In this document: one piece after another, positions 13,241 to 26,300 of the stretch
Numbering within the stretch: the stretch's first letter is position 1
Layout: the number at the start of each line of letters is the position of its first letter
DNA from: Podarcis melisellensis
Taxonomy: Eukaryota
Assembly (NCBI GenBank): GCA_964234715.1
Contig: OZ174280.1
DNA length: 64,000 nucleotides
Direction: 5' to 3' (one strand)
Position numbers and translations under genes: made by a program
The notes under the pieces: model-generated
Database searches by the model: none
The model's input: the letters and a program-made list of their open reading frames with translations, nothing else
What the model was told of the DNA's origin: nothing

Positions 13241-14163
13241 CTGGAATTTAGTTATTGCAGAAAAAATTACACAATATGGGTCTGTAAGGGGCAGGAAGAT
13301 CCTGGCTGTTTCTATTTAGTATGGCGGGATTTTATTTCATATAGTTTAGTTTCCGGTTTACAGGTATCTCTCCCCACACTGCCAAGAGAAATAGGATTGT
13401 AGTGGTTTTAAATTGGGTGTTTTTATTTAACATGTTTATGTTTTGTATGCCCTGTTTTTAGTTGGCTATAGTATTGGATGTTTTTGTTATTGTTTACGTC
13501 TCTCTGTGGCTTCATAATAATTTGAAAACTAATGATTGTTTTTTTAACAGACCATTCAAGCACATTTATCCATACAGCTAGAATTTTGGGGGAGTGATTT
13601 CTGCACTTCTGGTCCACGCAGTCCCCAAAACGCAGAGTAGCCTGAGTCTGTACTAGCTTCCCTCTAGTCTTCACAGCTGATAAGAGACCAGTCTGGGCCA
13701 TGAAGACCGTTAAGCTTAGCGAGTCTTTCTAAAATGCACACACTTTGTAAGACAGAGCCCAGCCACAAGAATAAAAAGCTGTCATCTGGATGTGGCTCCA
13801 AAGACAGACTGATGAGTTAGGGTCCAGTAGGGGACAGAGGCCCCTCAAGTCAGGTGGCAGGCAGCCAGCTTAGTTCTGTTTATTAAAATTGCATTACAAT
13901 ACCAAATTAGGGCACAGAAAAACACCTTTTAAAAGGCGGTAAAAGTAAGTGAATTTGTTTGACTTAGCTTGCGGTCTTGATGTGGGCAAAATGTTGATTA
14001 TTTGACATAACGCCATTCATTAAGAGCAACAGTCAAAACAAAGTTTTGGCATTCCTTAATATTCACAATGTGTATACTATGGTATAAGTGAAGGGCTAAA
14101 AAGCAGACTTTAGGAGACAACTTAGTCTTTCAACCACTACCTGCCCACAGAAGAGTCATAAGT

Positions 14164-14222
14164 GAGGGAGGGAAAGGGGAGAGAGAGAGAGAGGGGGGGG
14201 GAGGAGGAGAGGGAGGGAGAGA
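14164..14222 (+). repeat. Pure polypurine (GA/G-run) tract
   Basis: About 59 nt of only G and A. Confidence 0.9.
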
Positions 14223-17200
14223 TTTGAGAGCATTTTTACAGCCTGTTCTGGAACAATTTCCCTAGTGCTATCCTTCCCTCTCACTCCCAGCTACTGAGGA
14301 GGAAATCTATCAGTTCACTGCCAGTCCAGGATATGGTTACACTTTCACTCCAAACTTGGAAATTGCTGCTTTCCTTTCTGTACCTAGCTGTGCAATTTGT
14401 TTAGTTTCAGTTCCTTATACCCTCCTTGTAAAGCAAACAAACAGAAAATCCTTTCAGCTCAGTTCAGAGGCTACTAGACTGAGGGAAGCGCTCTGCTTTC
14501 TTTCTTTATGTGGGTAGGGAGAAAGGTTGGGAGGCAGCCACTGCAGCCCTGGCAAGCGAGTGGGAAAAAAGTGAAGTATGTGGTTTTTGCTTCCCCTAAA
14601 GGCAGGGAAGCATTCCTGCTCCACTTAAACTTTGCCATAGCGGGGCTCGTGTGGAAGTAGAAATTCAGATTACTTTGACACATATTTTACAATCACCTCG
14701 GTGTACCCCATCACCAAGCCCAGACCTTGGCCCAGGAATCTTGCTATATACATTCTTCATTCTCACCCATATTCTCTACATCTTTTCCCCACCCCCATCC
14801 TGCCTGGAGAAACTCTCCTGGTCAATCTCATCCACACCATTCCACTGTTAGATAAACTTCCTTTCAAAGTGAGTCTGCTTAATCCTATATCTCCCCTCAT
14901 TCAGATCCTCCTCCAGTTGTAATGCGGGGCATGAGGAGGGGAGAGAGGTTGCTGAGTTATGAGCTATTCCTGACTCATGTCTACAACTTTCACAAGTTCT
15001 TTTGCAACACAAAAGGTGGGGAGGGAGACAGGACGTCAGGCTCTGTTAACTCTGAGAAAACCAGCAGGACAGAGGGGAGGCTGGGAAAGGGTGGACTAGG
15101 AAGGGGGAGAGAAAGGAGATTGAAAAACAAAGTGTGAGAGAGAAAACAGACCATGAATGAGTGAGGGTGAAAGGGAAGATAAACAGGCAATGACAGAATG
15201 AGACTAGGTTAGAGAGACACAGCTACACAACACATACACACACTTCATAGTTACCGGGAAAAGAAACAGCAGGGGGAGAAAAACAGTAAGAGAAAAATTC
15301 CAAAAGATGGGCATGTGTCTGTGTGTGTGTGTGTGTATTTGCACACATGTGTGCACGCGCACACACACAAATATATATAAACACATAGACTAAAAAAAAA
15401 GAGGAGACACTCACAGATTACAGGAATCTGACTTCACCCTTAACTGCCTTTGTTCTTTCAAGATATTTTCCATTCAGTGACTGCATTTCCTTCCTGAAAA
15501 AGCTATTGGAAAAAGCTGGCTGTTGGCTCGAAAGAAGCCCTGATGAATTATTGCTGTTAATATCAGCAGTGATTTTGCCTTCTTCACTTTCAGTTAAACT
15601 CATTAATGGAGATGGCGGCCCGTCTGGTACCTTCACAGAAGGGCTACTCCTTTCAGGGCAGGTGTTATAGAGGCCCGAGGGAAAGAGGAGGAGGTGGTGG
15701 TTTAGAAGAGAAGGAAAAATGTTTCAGGCCAGGTCTGGATTCCATCATATCCCACAAACTCCCTTAAGAGATGGCATTTTTATAGTGCATTTTCAAGACT
15801 GGAAAAGACCCATTAGGGCATAAAGACAGTCTCCCTGCCAATATAGGATTTTCCCCTATAGCCATCTGCCTTTTCTAAATTTACTGCATTTCAAGTAATG
15901 GTCTTCCATAGCCACTGTTCCAATATAGGAGGTGCTTGGGCCTAATCCAAAGCTTGTTGAAAAAACAACGAAGTCAGTGGAAAACTCCCAGCAGGGCTCC
16001 ATTTAAAACTTCTTGGAATAAAGTAAAGTCACCTAACATATTGCCAGGAACTTACAGGCACTCCTGATGGAGAGAGATCAGAATATATAAGCAAAGCTAT
16101 TTTGTGGAATGGATACTGAGAAATCTTAGATCTGTTGGTTCCAATGTTATTTTTCATTGATCAGGTTTGGAAAATTGGGGTGGGAGGTGGAGAAGAGTCC
16201 AAAAGACCCTAACCTTCATTGCACTGTAATGGGTCGAGATGCCGAAACTGACACATTAAACTGGTAAAATTCCCCAAAATGGCTTTAGTTTTGCTAATCC
16301 TAGTCCCATCTGGCTGTTCTGAAGATTAACATCTTCAACAATATTTTAAGACATGAATAGGGGTGCTGGACATCAGATGAAGTCTTATTGCCTTCAGTGC
16401 CAACAATGGTACCTTGAAGGTAAGTGAGCCTATACCAATTTGATTTGCTAGGTTTAGAAATAGGCAGCCAAGTGAAAAAATAAATGCAACAGACCTGGAT
16501 GAGGAGAAGACAGCTTATACACTCAAGATCAAACTGCAGGTATGTGGTTCCAAACTAAATAGAATAAGTGAGAGGGGAACACAACAAGCAATATAATCCC
16601 CTTGCTTTATTCCAGACATACTTCAACAGAAAGAAAATGAGAACAAACAGTGCTGAGACCACTGCATAGATTTGGCTCCCTGGGGTGTCCGGAAAAGCAG
16701 AAGGCAGCCTCCCCCATCTCCATACTCTCATCCACTGGGTTTCCTCCATTTCCAGCAGACTGTGGAGGCAGTTCAGTTTGGTATAGACGGGACCTTCAAC
16801 TCCAGGAGAGCACATACTAATTACTTTCCTTTGTTAATTAAACCCACGTGGCTCTAATAAGGTAACCTGCTGTTCGCCGATAAATTTAATTAGCCTGAAG
16901 GGAGAGCCCCTCCACACAGCTATTTAAAATTGTCACTTTCCATTCACTTGGGCTTCCCCCCCTTCTCTTGCTGTTCCTCCTTTAGACCTGAATTTATGCT
17001 CATTTTGCAAGCCCTTTCATGTCCCAAACCTGCTGCCCTCAATGGCATGTACATGTTCAATGACCTCCATCTTGGCAACATCTCTAGGGACATTCAAAGC
17101 TGAAAGCAGGACACTTTTATAGCTTTGCATCTGAAGAGCAGGCTTTGTGCTTCGGGTGTAACTTATTCAGAGTGTAACTAGGTGTTACAAGAAGCACAGA

Positions 17201-20200
17201 ACTGCTGCCTCTCCACGTCTCTCTCACCCTCTTCCTCATAGTGTCTACATTAACATAATGTGTGATGTGATGTCATCATGCTATGCATTGCCCTTGTGTC
17301 ATATCATTGGCTGTCATTTATCAGAGAGGGGCAGAGCACAACGTGACAACATAATGTCAAGCATGATAGGAAATGTTTTGAAGAAGAGTGGAAGAGAGAC
17401 ACAGAGCAACAAAAGATCTTTGAGTGCATCCAGCATCTTTCTGAATCACACAGAATGAACAATAATCTGCAGCTCATGTTTTGAGCATTATATTGTGAGG
17501 GGGCAGGGCTTGCAAAGATATATATTTGGTGGTCAATGTTCCACTTCTGAGAAGGTTTCATTGATCAAAAGCCATGTATTCTTCTAAGGCCACCCTGCCC
17601 ACCTTGTAGTTTTCAACATTTCTACAAATGACCAAGGACTACACAGTGCCATTTTCCATTATCCCAGACTAGGTATTCAGGCAAAAGGGTCAGATTCCCA
17701 CACCCCAACCACCATCTGTGTGTCTGGCTCCTACAGCCCCATTACTAGGCTACCACATCAATTTTTTAATCTATTAACTGGAAGCACTTCACGATTAATT
17801 ATGTTGCCACGGACTCAGCTATGCTAACTCAAGCCCTCACCTGTTTCCTTTCACTGAAAGGCTTTGGCCTTACTTGGTCAAATATTAAAGTCCACATGGC
17901 TGCAAAATCAGCTTTTTGCCATCCAGTGGAATGTCTCTTTTTAACACATCTTATTTTAATGACTCTAACAAGGTTCAGCCAACATGCTTCCCTCTCTTCC
18001 TCCTTGTGCTTCACAACTGAATCTCTTTTAAAATGACTTCACTCATGAAGACACCATCTGAACCCTTGGTAACTTGCCAGCTCTCTTGGCTATCCTACAC
18101 CATCCTTGTTGCTCTTACACCAACTTGACATCTCAGCAAGGTGGCTGTTATGTGTGGACCCCATTTAAGAACACAACTTAAAACATAAGGTAGCTTCTGA
18201 CTTGCATATCTTCCAATGGCTAGTTTCGCCTGTGTATTCTTCTACACTGTCTGCAGATGGCAGGTAGTTGTAGCATTCCTCAGATCTCTGTCATGCTCTG
18301 GCCATCTACACTGGACAGGGTTTGTCTGTTTGCTTTGGGGGGGGGCATCTAGTTCTCTCTTTGCGTGGTATGGAAGCCCTTCCAAATGGATATCCCATAT
18401 CGGCTCACTGTCTCTCTCACTGGATTGTCAAGACAATTTCACACTGCCATGAGATGCAGAACGTTAATTGTCCATATCTGTTTTTTGCACACTCCACTAG
18501 CTTCGTGATGACTCTACAGCTGTCAAGAGGCATAGCCATCACTAAGATCCACAGGGCAGCAACCTGGTCCACAGGTTTGACTTTTGCTAAGCAGTACAAA
18601 CTGGACATGAAGAAGCCTTCACGATTCCTGCCCTGAATGAGATCTCACAGCATTGCTGCCCATTTCCTCTTTACAATGAAAGAACAAAATATTCTCCCCT
18701 ATGAGGGGTTGCACAGAATCCATGAGTAAGAAACAGATAATTGCTCACCTGTTATTTTTAAAAATAGGTATCATGTGCAGTCACACATCTCACCCTCCAT
18801 CCAAACACTATGAAAATATCCAGAGGATCATGACTATTTTTACTTGTCTTATAGGACCTCTCTGCAATGGTTAGGGGATGGGACTGAGCAGAAAGTAGTG
18901 AGTGTGCCTGCTAACTTCATTTATGATCAGTTCTTGAGGATGGGCAAGGGAGCCATTACTCCTGGACTTCCTGAGCTTTCTATAAAATAATGCCTGTGGT
19001 ATTGTGCTAGCACACTCTCATTTATGGGGCCACACAGAATCCAAGAATGCACTGATTATGGTGAGTGTATGACCTTTCATCTGGGGGACACATGCACCCA
19101 AATTCACTGACCAGTATGAAATCAGCTAATTACAGAGTGAATGGCAGTTGTGTCAGAACTGGATAAGTTATGACATCAGTGGTCTATTTAAAAAATCATT
19201 TAGCTTCTCACTCTCCAATTGAAATCACGAAGAAATGGTTACGATGAAATAGTCTAGGATGGAATTATAACAGATAGGATCATCTAACTCAGAATTGTCA
19301 AGTCATTATTAGCTCCAGTCATGGTCTTAAGTAGAACTCTCTCTTGCTATCCAAGATCATTTAGCTGAAGATGGCAGGGACTGAGCGCAGGAACTTATGC
19401 ATGCAAAGTATATGCTCTGATATGGAGTCTTCACTAACATGGTCACAGGGATATGCTTTAGCTAAATAGGAATCAATAGGGGAAGGGACATAAACCTAGA
19501 GTGAGATCAAATAAAATGGTGGACAGATATGATGGTCCAAAAGGATGAAGACAGCAAGGAAGTGGGTGGGCAAACAAAGACAGGGTTGATTAACCCATTT
19601 GGCTATGTCTTTGTTTTCTATTTAGATTGATAAGATATACATGGTAAAAGATAACTAAACAGATCTTGTTTATAAAACATTAAAAAGTCAAAACATATTT
19701 AAATAAAAAGAAGAAAGAAATTAAGAAAAGAGTATGAGAAAAATCAAGCATAAAGTAACAAGTGATCAGTATATATTGCTCAGCAGCCTGGTTAATTATG
19801 AGGCAAACCAGTTATTACAATTAAACAAATGAAAATAAAGCATGAATATTTTGTGAATTTAAAATTATAAACTCAATTGTTCTGTGAGTTTACTGGGAGC
19901 ATAGCCCTCCTTGCTTCTTTTATAAATAGGAAAGTTAGTAGTAAGAGGTTGATTCCCTTTTCATGCCACTACAGAATATATAGGGGTTTAGGAGATTTCC
20001 AATTAGCAGCTATCATTTGCCTCACTGTTGTCAAAAGGAAAGCAGTTAATTCCAGACTTTCTTTAACTATTCCCTTTATAGCAACTTTATAGTAAGATTT
20101 CCATAAACATTGCCACCATTTATGGCATCTCACTGATATGGCAACATCTCAAATGTGAAGTGTCCCAAATAAACAAATCCACAGGAGCAATACGCAGTGG

Positions 20201-20774
20201 CCAATTTCCTTCTGAGCCTAATCAACTAGTGGTTCATAGATGAGCCTAGATCATGTTTTGGCATGCTACCATTCTGTTACTAAAGTGGGTTGAACAGTAG
20301 GAGAAAAACTGCACTCTGTGCCGGTGACAAGTGCTACAGATTGCCAGTCTGTCATGAAACAGGGCAACCTCAACTGAAAATGGAGTACATGTGGCTGTGT
20401 GAATCCAGTCCTTAAAGAAAAAGGCTCAAAGCCCAACCATGCCATATCACATGCTAATGCAGAATATTGGCAGGCGTTTAGTCCTCAGCAAGCTCTTCTA
20501 CACCTTATTGTTTAACATTCTTTGTAGAACCTGGGAATCCTACCATAGGTTCTTGCTACCCCAGAGCACTAAGGCATCCAGCAACTCTGACACTTTTCTC
20601 AGTATGCTCTCCTCCAGCCTCAAAACCTAAAAAAAGCTTCCAGTAACACATCTGCTTCCACATATCAACATCCAACTCACTGCTCTGAGCCACTTTAAAT
20701 ATTATATCCATAATGGGAATCAAACACACAGGTGTCTTAACCAAGCTCTGCCAAAATGGCTCTATCAGTCAAAA

Positions 20775-20798
20775 GTATGTATGTATGTATGTATGTAT
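20775..20798 (+). repeat. (GTAT)n microsatellite, probably a retroelement tail
   Basis: Directly visible; followed by gatctcagggcggttcaca, similar to L2-like tails elsewhere in the window. Confidence 0.85.
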
Positions 20799-21417
20799 TT
20801 ACTGTCCTTCATCATAAGATCTCAGGGCGGTTCACAGAAGTAAATCTACAAGAATACAGATGCTACTCTCACTTCAAGTTCATAGAATCATAGAATACAA
20901 TCCAGATGTTTCCGCCTTCCTCTGATATTAACTCTCAATGAATTAAATAATTTCAGCGCAATTCTCCAGACGTACTCAACAAGTACAAAATTCTATAAAT
21001 GGTATTTAAGCCATATGACCTTGAATGACATCTTTAAATAGTTGCTTGGCTTGCTTTGGCAATGTAAAATTTAGTATGGGTGCCACAATTAAAAAACATA
21101 TATACACCAAGAATGTATTCAGGAGTGACAACCTCATCAATCAACTGACATGGAAGGTGGCCTACTAGGTAAATACCAGCTTGGAACATGGAACAAAAAT
21201 TAAATTATCATCTGTGTAATGGAAACAACCATAGTGCAATACCTCCAAAGACCACAGTAACATTAGGTATATAAGGAATACTAATATATCTTAATACTAT
21301 AGTATTTAAGAACCAAAAGTTTGTGATTCAGAGGATCAGCAGTGAGTTTTTTAAAATCACATCAGGAAGCATAGCTTTTCAGAGGCACTTTTTGCCAGAA
21401 AGCTCTTATCCTCTCAC

Positions 21418-21507
21418 CTGGACTGCTGGCTGCTTATTTTCATTGCTGCTGGGAGAAGTCAGCCCTGTTGCCTGTTGCAGAAGGAACTGTCGTGCCACCT
21501 GAAGAGC
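21418..21507 (-). CDS. FOXP4: FOXP4 second coding exon (90 nt, [30 protein letters not shown]); not in the ORF track
   Basis: Read manually on the minus strand: tctttccctccag|GCTCTTCAGGTG...GCAGTCCAG|gtgagag. The [12 protein letters not shown] motif follows HFQQQQ in FOXP4; phase 0 at both ends. Confidence 0.96.
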
Positions 21508-23004
21508 CTGGAGGGAAAGATATATAGTACAGGATGAAGATTTAAAAAGTGAAGTCTCTTTTTATATTCTTTCCAATGCAAACATGCCATCAAATTTGAA
21601 AAATAACTACTCACATACTCAAGACAGCAGATCAAATATTACTTGCCAAAGTAGTTTGTATTAAGCATGCAACACTGGCACAGAAAGACCACAAATAGCA
21701 GGACCTCCATGAAGCCAGGCATTTCTCTTCCACCATTGTGAAGGTTCACATTACTAGAAAGATCTGAGACCAAAGAATGATCCTGGATGCTGGAAGACTA
21801 AGCTAAAACAGAAATAGTCCTCACCAGCTATCAGCATGGGAGACTACTGGAGCTCCAACATAAGAGCCATATTAATAAGGAAATAACATTTAAGAAGATA
21901 GATCCAGGGGGATGAAATTTATTTTCTTGATCTGATTTTCTCTGTGTCCATATCCCACTCCAATCTCATAGCAACACAGAGATAGTGCAGCATCAAGTAG
22001 CTGCATATTGTTTTTAGGATGGAGAGGATGGGATCAATAGTCTTTTGGCAACAGTCAAAAGGAATAGGCTTCCATTGACCTAACTCAATTTAGATTTACC
22101 CCACTCCACCTTGGTCTTTCAAGTCTCAAATACAAGCATAGATTATGTCTGTACACAGATTGGTCTAGATGGGCCAATATACCTTCAAGAATGACTTTCT
22201 GGATACAGATTGTTAAAAATCCTGCCAGATTCAAATATTCTAGGCAGCTGGTAATAAAATTTGTATAACAAATTAAGTAGTCACTACATATAGAACTATG
22301 GGCATTTTTTACTTACTTGTTCTATCAAGATACCACATTTCAGCCAAGACTCCCAACACATAATCCAAAATTTAAAACTACTAAAAAAACCCCACTACAA
22401 AAAGAAACCAGTTGTACATAATATAGAACAGAATTCTCTCAGGCAGACTAATGGTTCATTCAGGAGCTGCTGGAATGGGCTCTCTAGCCTGTGCTTCCTC
22501 ACTTTTGTCTTCCTTCAAGACACACAGGACTTTTAAGTATCCCCAGTGAAGATGGGGAAAGGGCTTCTCACCCTTCTTCAGGCCACTGATATGTCTCTTC
22601 AGGAGCTGATGGCATTCCTGTGTGTGATCACAGGCAATGGCTAGCCTGGTAAGCTCAACAACAAACCATGACTGGCAAGCAGAGGGTGGAGAGTTGGGGA
22701 AGTGGAGAATAGAAAGCTGTGCATGAAGGCATGGGACTTTAAAAAAGAACACACAGGCATGGGAGGGAAGTGCACTCTAATATGTCAGATCACAGCAGCC
22801 ATACCGCAGAGGGAAAAAGTCTATGCTTGCAAAGAGCAGAGGAGAGGGGTTTCATTCAGGAGCCAAGATCAGACTGCAAGCAGAGAATAACCCCTAACAC
22901 AAACAATCCTGTGGTACCAAAAGCGGCTGCTCCCAAAGCCCCACTTCCTCATACGTTTCTTATTTTTGCTTTGAGAAGAATTATTTTTTAAAAAAATTGG
23001 TACA

Positions 23005-23320
23005 TTTCTGAACAACAAAGTCATTGTAGCCCTGCCTGCAAGACAGGTTTTTATTACAGGATAGAGACAGGAGGGGGGAGCACGGAGGTAGAGGTCGACG
23101 GGTCATAGCCCAGCTTGGCGGTGCTGCAAACAGCATGTGGGTTCCACTGAGCTGTCAACACCGCAGCCGTAAATCAAGACTCTGGCTTCCAAAGGGCGGC
23201 TGTGCTCTCCCCAGTCAGCAGAGGCACTAGCAGGGTGTGTCCCAGAGAAAGAACCGCTTGTTAATTTTCCACATTTCCAGCTATAAAGAACAAAGTTACT
23301 TTCCGTCAGGCATTTAAACC
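23005..23320. promoter_or_regulatory. Candidate intronic enhancer with MEIS and PBX-HOX sites
   Basis: CTGTCA 23152-23157, GTAAATCA 23169-23176, TTTTATTAC, AACAAAG; local CpG retention. Confidence 0.45.
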
Positions 23321-26300
23321 TTACATACTGTACCGTACTCTCTCTGTTTGGAGGAGCAGCTGATTTTCAACACATGGATCAAATTAGTGTGTGCACACTT
23401 ACCCGTATGCAATATAATTGCATACACCAAGGCATGTAAATGCAAGACAGAGACTGTATTGTTGTAGCTACGAATGAGACTGATGCATAACTTAAGCATG
23501 GGCACAACCTAGTTTTGCAGTGTAGATAGATATGCATGTGTGCTACGTGCAACGCATATGGACACACAGTGTAAACAAGAGTATCTACACACATGTTACA
23601 AAGTGATCTCATGAATATCTCTCATGCATACACCATATCTGGGAACACAGCAGGGATGTTTGCAAGTAATTTTATTTCTACGACAGTATTCAGCACAATT
23701 ATAAGGAAGAACATACTCGTCACACATGAGCAATTTTTAAAATGTATTTTAATATTTTAAAGTTTCAGTATGATATGTGTTGCATACTGCATGTGTATCA
23801 GATATACCATGCATGTAAACTTTAAAAGTTAGCATCACTATAGGTTTGAAAGCACACCATATGTGCGTCTTTAAGGCAGACACCCAATTTTTTTCCAGGT
23901 GACTTTACATTAAGACAGCACGCAGATGTCCAAAGGATACCAGGTGTTTTATTACAGTTTCACTAAATGCTAAAAGAAGTGCAAGATTGCAAACACAGTC
24001 TTTAGAAGCGGCTTAATGGCTAAAAAGCAACAAAGTTACAGACACTTCCTCAGTCACACAAACAGTGCTAAAAATCTCTTAAAGCAACTTCTCCACCCAC
24101 CCACAATATCAACAAACCTAATACAATTGTCAGTCCTATAAAACTCAAAAACATGCTCCTAAATATATACTTTACACAGGACAAACAAGCACTGAAACTG
24201 CATTGTGTTCATTTGAGAAGACATGCAGCAACAATGGAAAATGCCACAGACTAAATAATTTTTAGACTTGGTGTTTTCAATAAAGTTCACTGGTCTACAT
24301 GTCAACACATGAAAAGTAAGATATCAACAGTCCATTTCTGTATAAATAGTTCTATAAATCTAAGGTGGTGTGTGTTGCCTTCTTCGGAAATGAAAGCGAT
24401 GTTTCCTTGGATTTGCCTACTATATAGGCATCAACCAAAACGACAAAAGAAAACAGTTGCAATGAAATCCCATTCAAAATTCAACAGGTTTAAAGTTTCA
24501 GCTGCACCATCTGGCTTCCAAATACCTGTGGCAACAGCTCAGGCAGCACTTTCATCCTCTTCCAATGTGTACAGAACAGCCTGCGCCTTCCCTTTAAAAG
24601 CTTCCATTTTGCAGCAATTTTTGCCCAAGGACCATTGCCCCAAGGAAGGGTGGATTTGACTGCAATTTAAGAGGGTTGGGTTTTAGTCATGGCACAGTTG
24701 TACTGACCTTCCATGTGACCTGGATTGTATCCATTCTGCTCTGTGTCCTTATTGACTAAAGTGTGGATTTATAATATCACAAGAAAGAACACCCAACTGA
24801 AAAGGTAAGTTCAAGGATCGTTGTAAAATCCTTCCAACAATTTGACAAATGAAGAAATAGAGGCTCAGAAGAGAAGATAACTGTTCCTTTATAATGCAGA
24901 GTAAGAATCAGGAACAAAACTGGAGTCTTATTTCACCTAACTCTCCGACCCTCGGAAAGTCTTTCAGCACTTCACACGTCTACTTCCTAATCTCTCTTTC
25001 AATGCTTCACTATTTTAATTAATTATGCTTCATTAGTTCAATCAATCAATTAATTAGCCAATCAAAGTTCAAGAGGAGTCCTACACAAATTGAGGAGAGA
25101 AAAGAGCTCTACTACAACACTAGTGCCATAATGATCGGAAGGCCAGCTTGCCAGAAGAAACTGGGATGCTGTAGCCAGCTGTATGAAGTCTCCAATAGAC
25201 CCCATTTTAATTGCATTAGCCACACAACAGTAGCTTTGTTCACAAGGGGACAGCAGGGACAGCCCCCTGTTTTATGGGCTTTGGGAACCCTGTAAAGTCT
25301 GTGTGAGTTTATTAAGCCTGGTAGTGGCTTGTGCAAGAAGAATACAGCTCGTGACGGGTGCCGGAACATGTCAAGAGGGCACCAAGCCAGGCTGGTACGC
25401 AGGAGACCTGCTGCTCGATTAAGGGGATGCACAGCATGGTGCATGAGAGCCAAGGGAATGGTGGACAGAATATAAGAGGCCCACCCCATACAAGCTCTCA
25501 TGGGGGAATTTAATTCACTCCCTGCTGACTCTCTCACTTTGTTGTGCTCTGAAGCAAGAAATTACAAGATTTACAGGAAAAAATGACATGGCCTTACAGT
25601 CTCACACTGGGGTCTCCCTGTAACAACTATGCAGCTCACCCACAGAAGGCCATACAATCAGGAATGGGAGAAAAATGAGTTGGGGGGGGGGGACAAAAAC
25701 ACAACTAGGACACAGCAGTATACATGGCTCCACTTTTCAAACAGCAAATTCCAACACAGTAGAGACACTTTTCCATAATTATTTTAAAGTCAACATGCTA
25801 GTCATATGTACTGGTAGCCAACATTTTTTTTTATAGGCAGCATACAATTTTCCAACCACCTGACAATACAGAAACTAGTAGTTTGCTCTCAATCCATTTA
25901 AAAGGAAAGCTCACCCCCACTACTACCAGGTAGAAACAGGCATGTGCCTTCAGTTCAAGAACCTAATTGCCTGGTTATTTGGAAAAGTTTGGATTTACTC
26001 AAAAATGTTTAAATTAATTATAATTTTATACCTCTCTCCTAAACTGAAAGTAAGAACAAATGAAATTCTTTAAGAACCATTTGGTCTGGAACAGGTTACC
26101 AGATAGGGATGCCTTCTGATTTGTGTTTGGAACCACTGATTGCATGTGCAATCAGATGGAAGAGGGCGATTTGTGGTTTTGTTCATTATCAAGTATAATT
26201 TAAATTAGCTTTATACATGGATGTGTTATTATTATTCATTAGTAGACCTGAAACATCCAAAGCAGAATTAATAAAGAGTAATTAATAGCTTGGGTAGACT

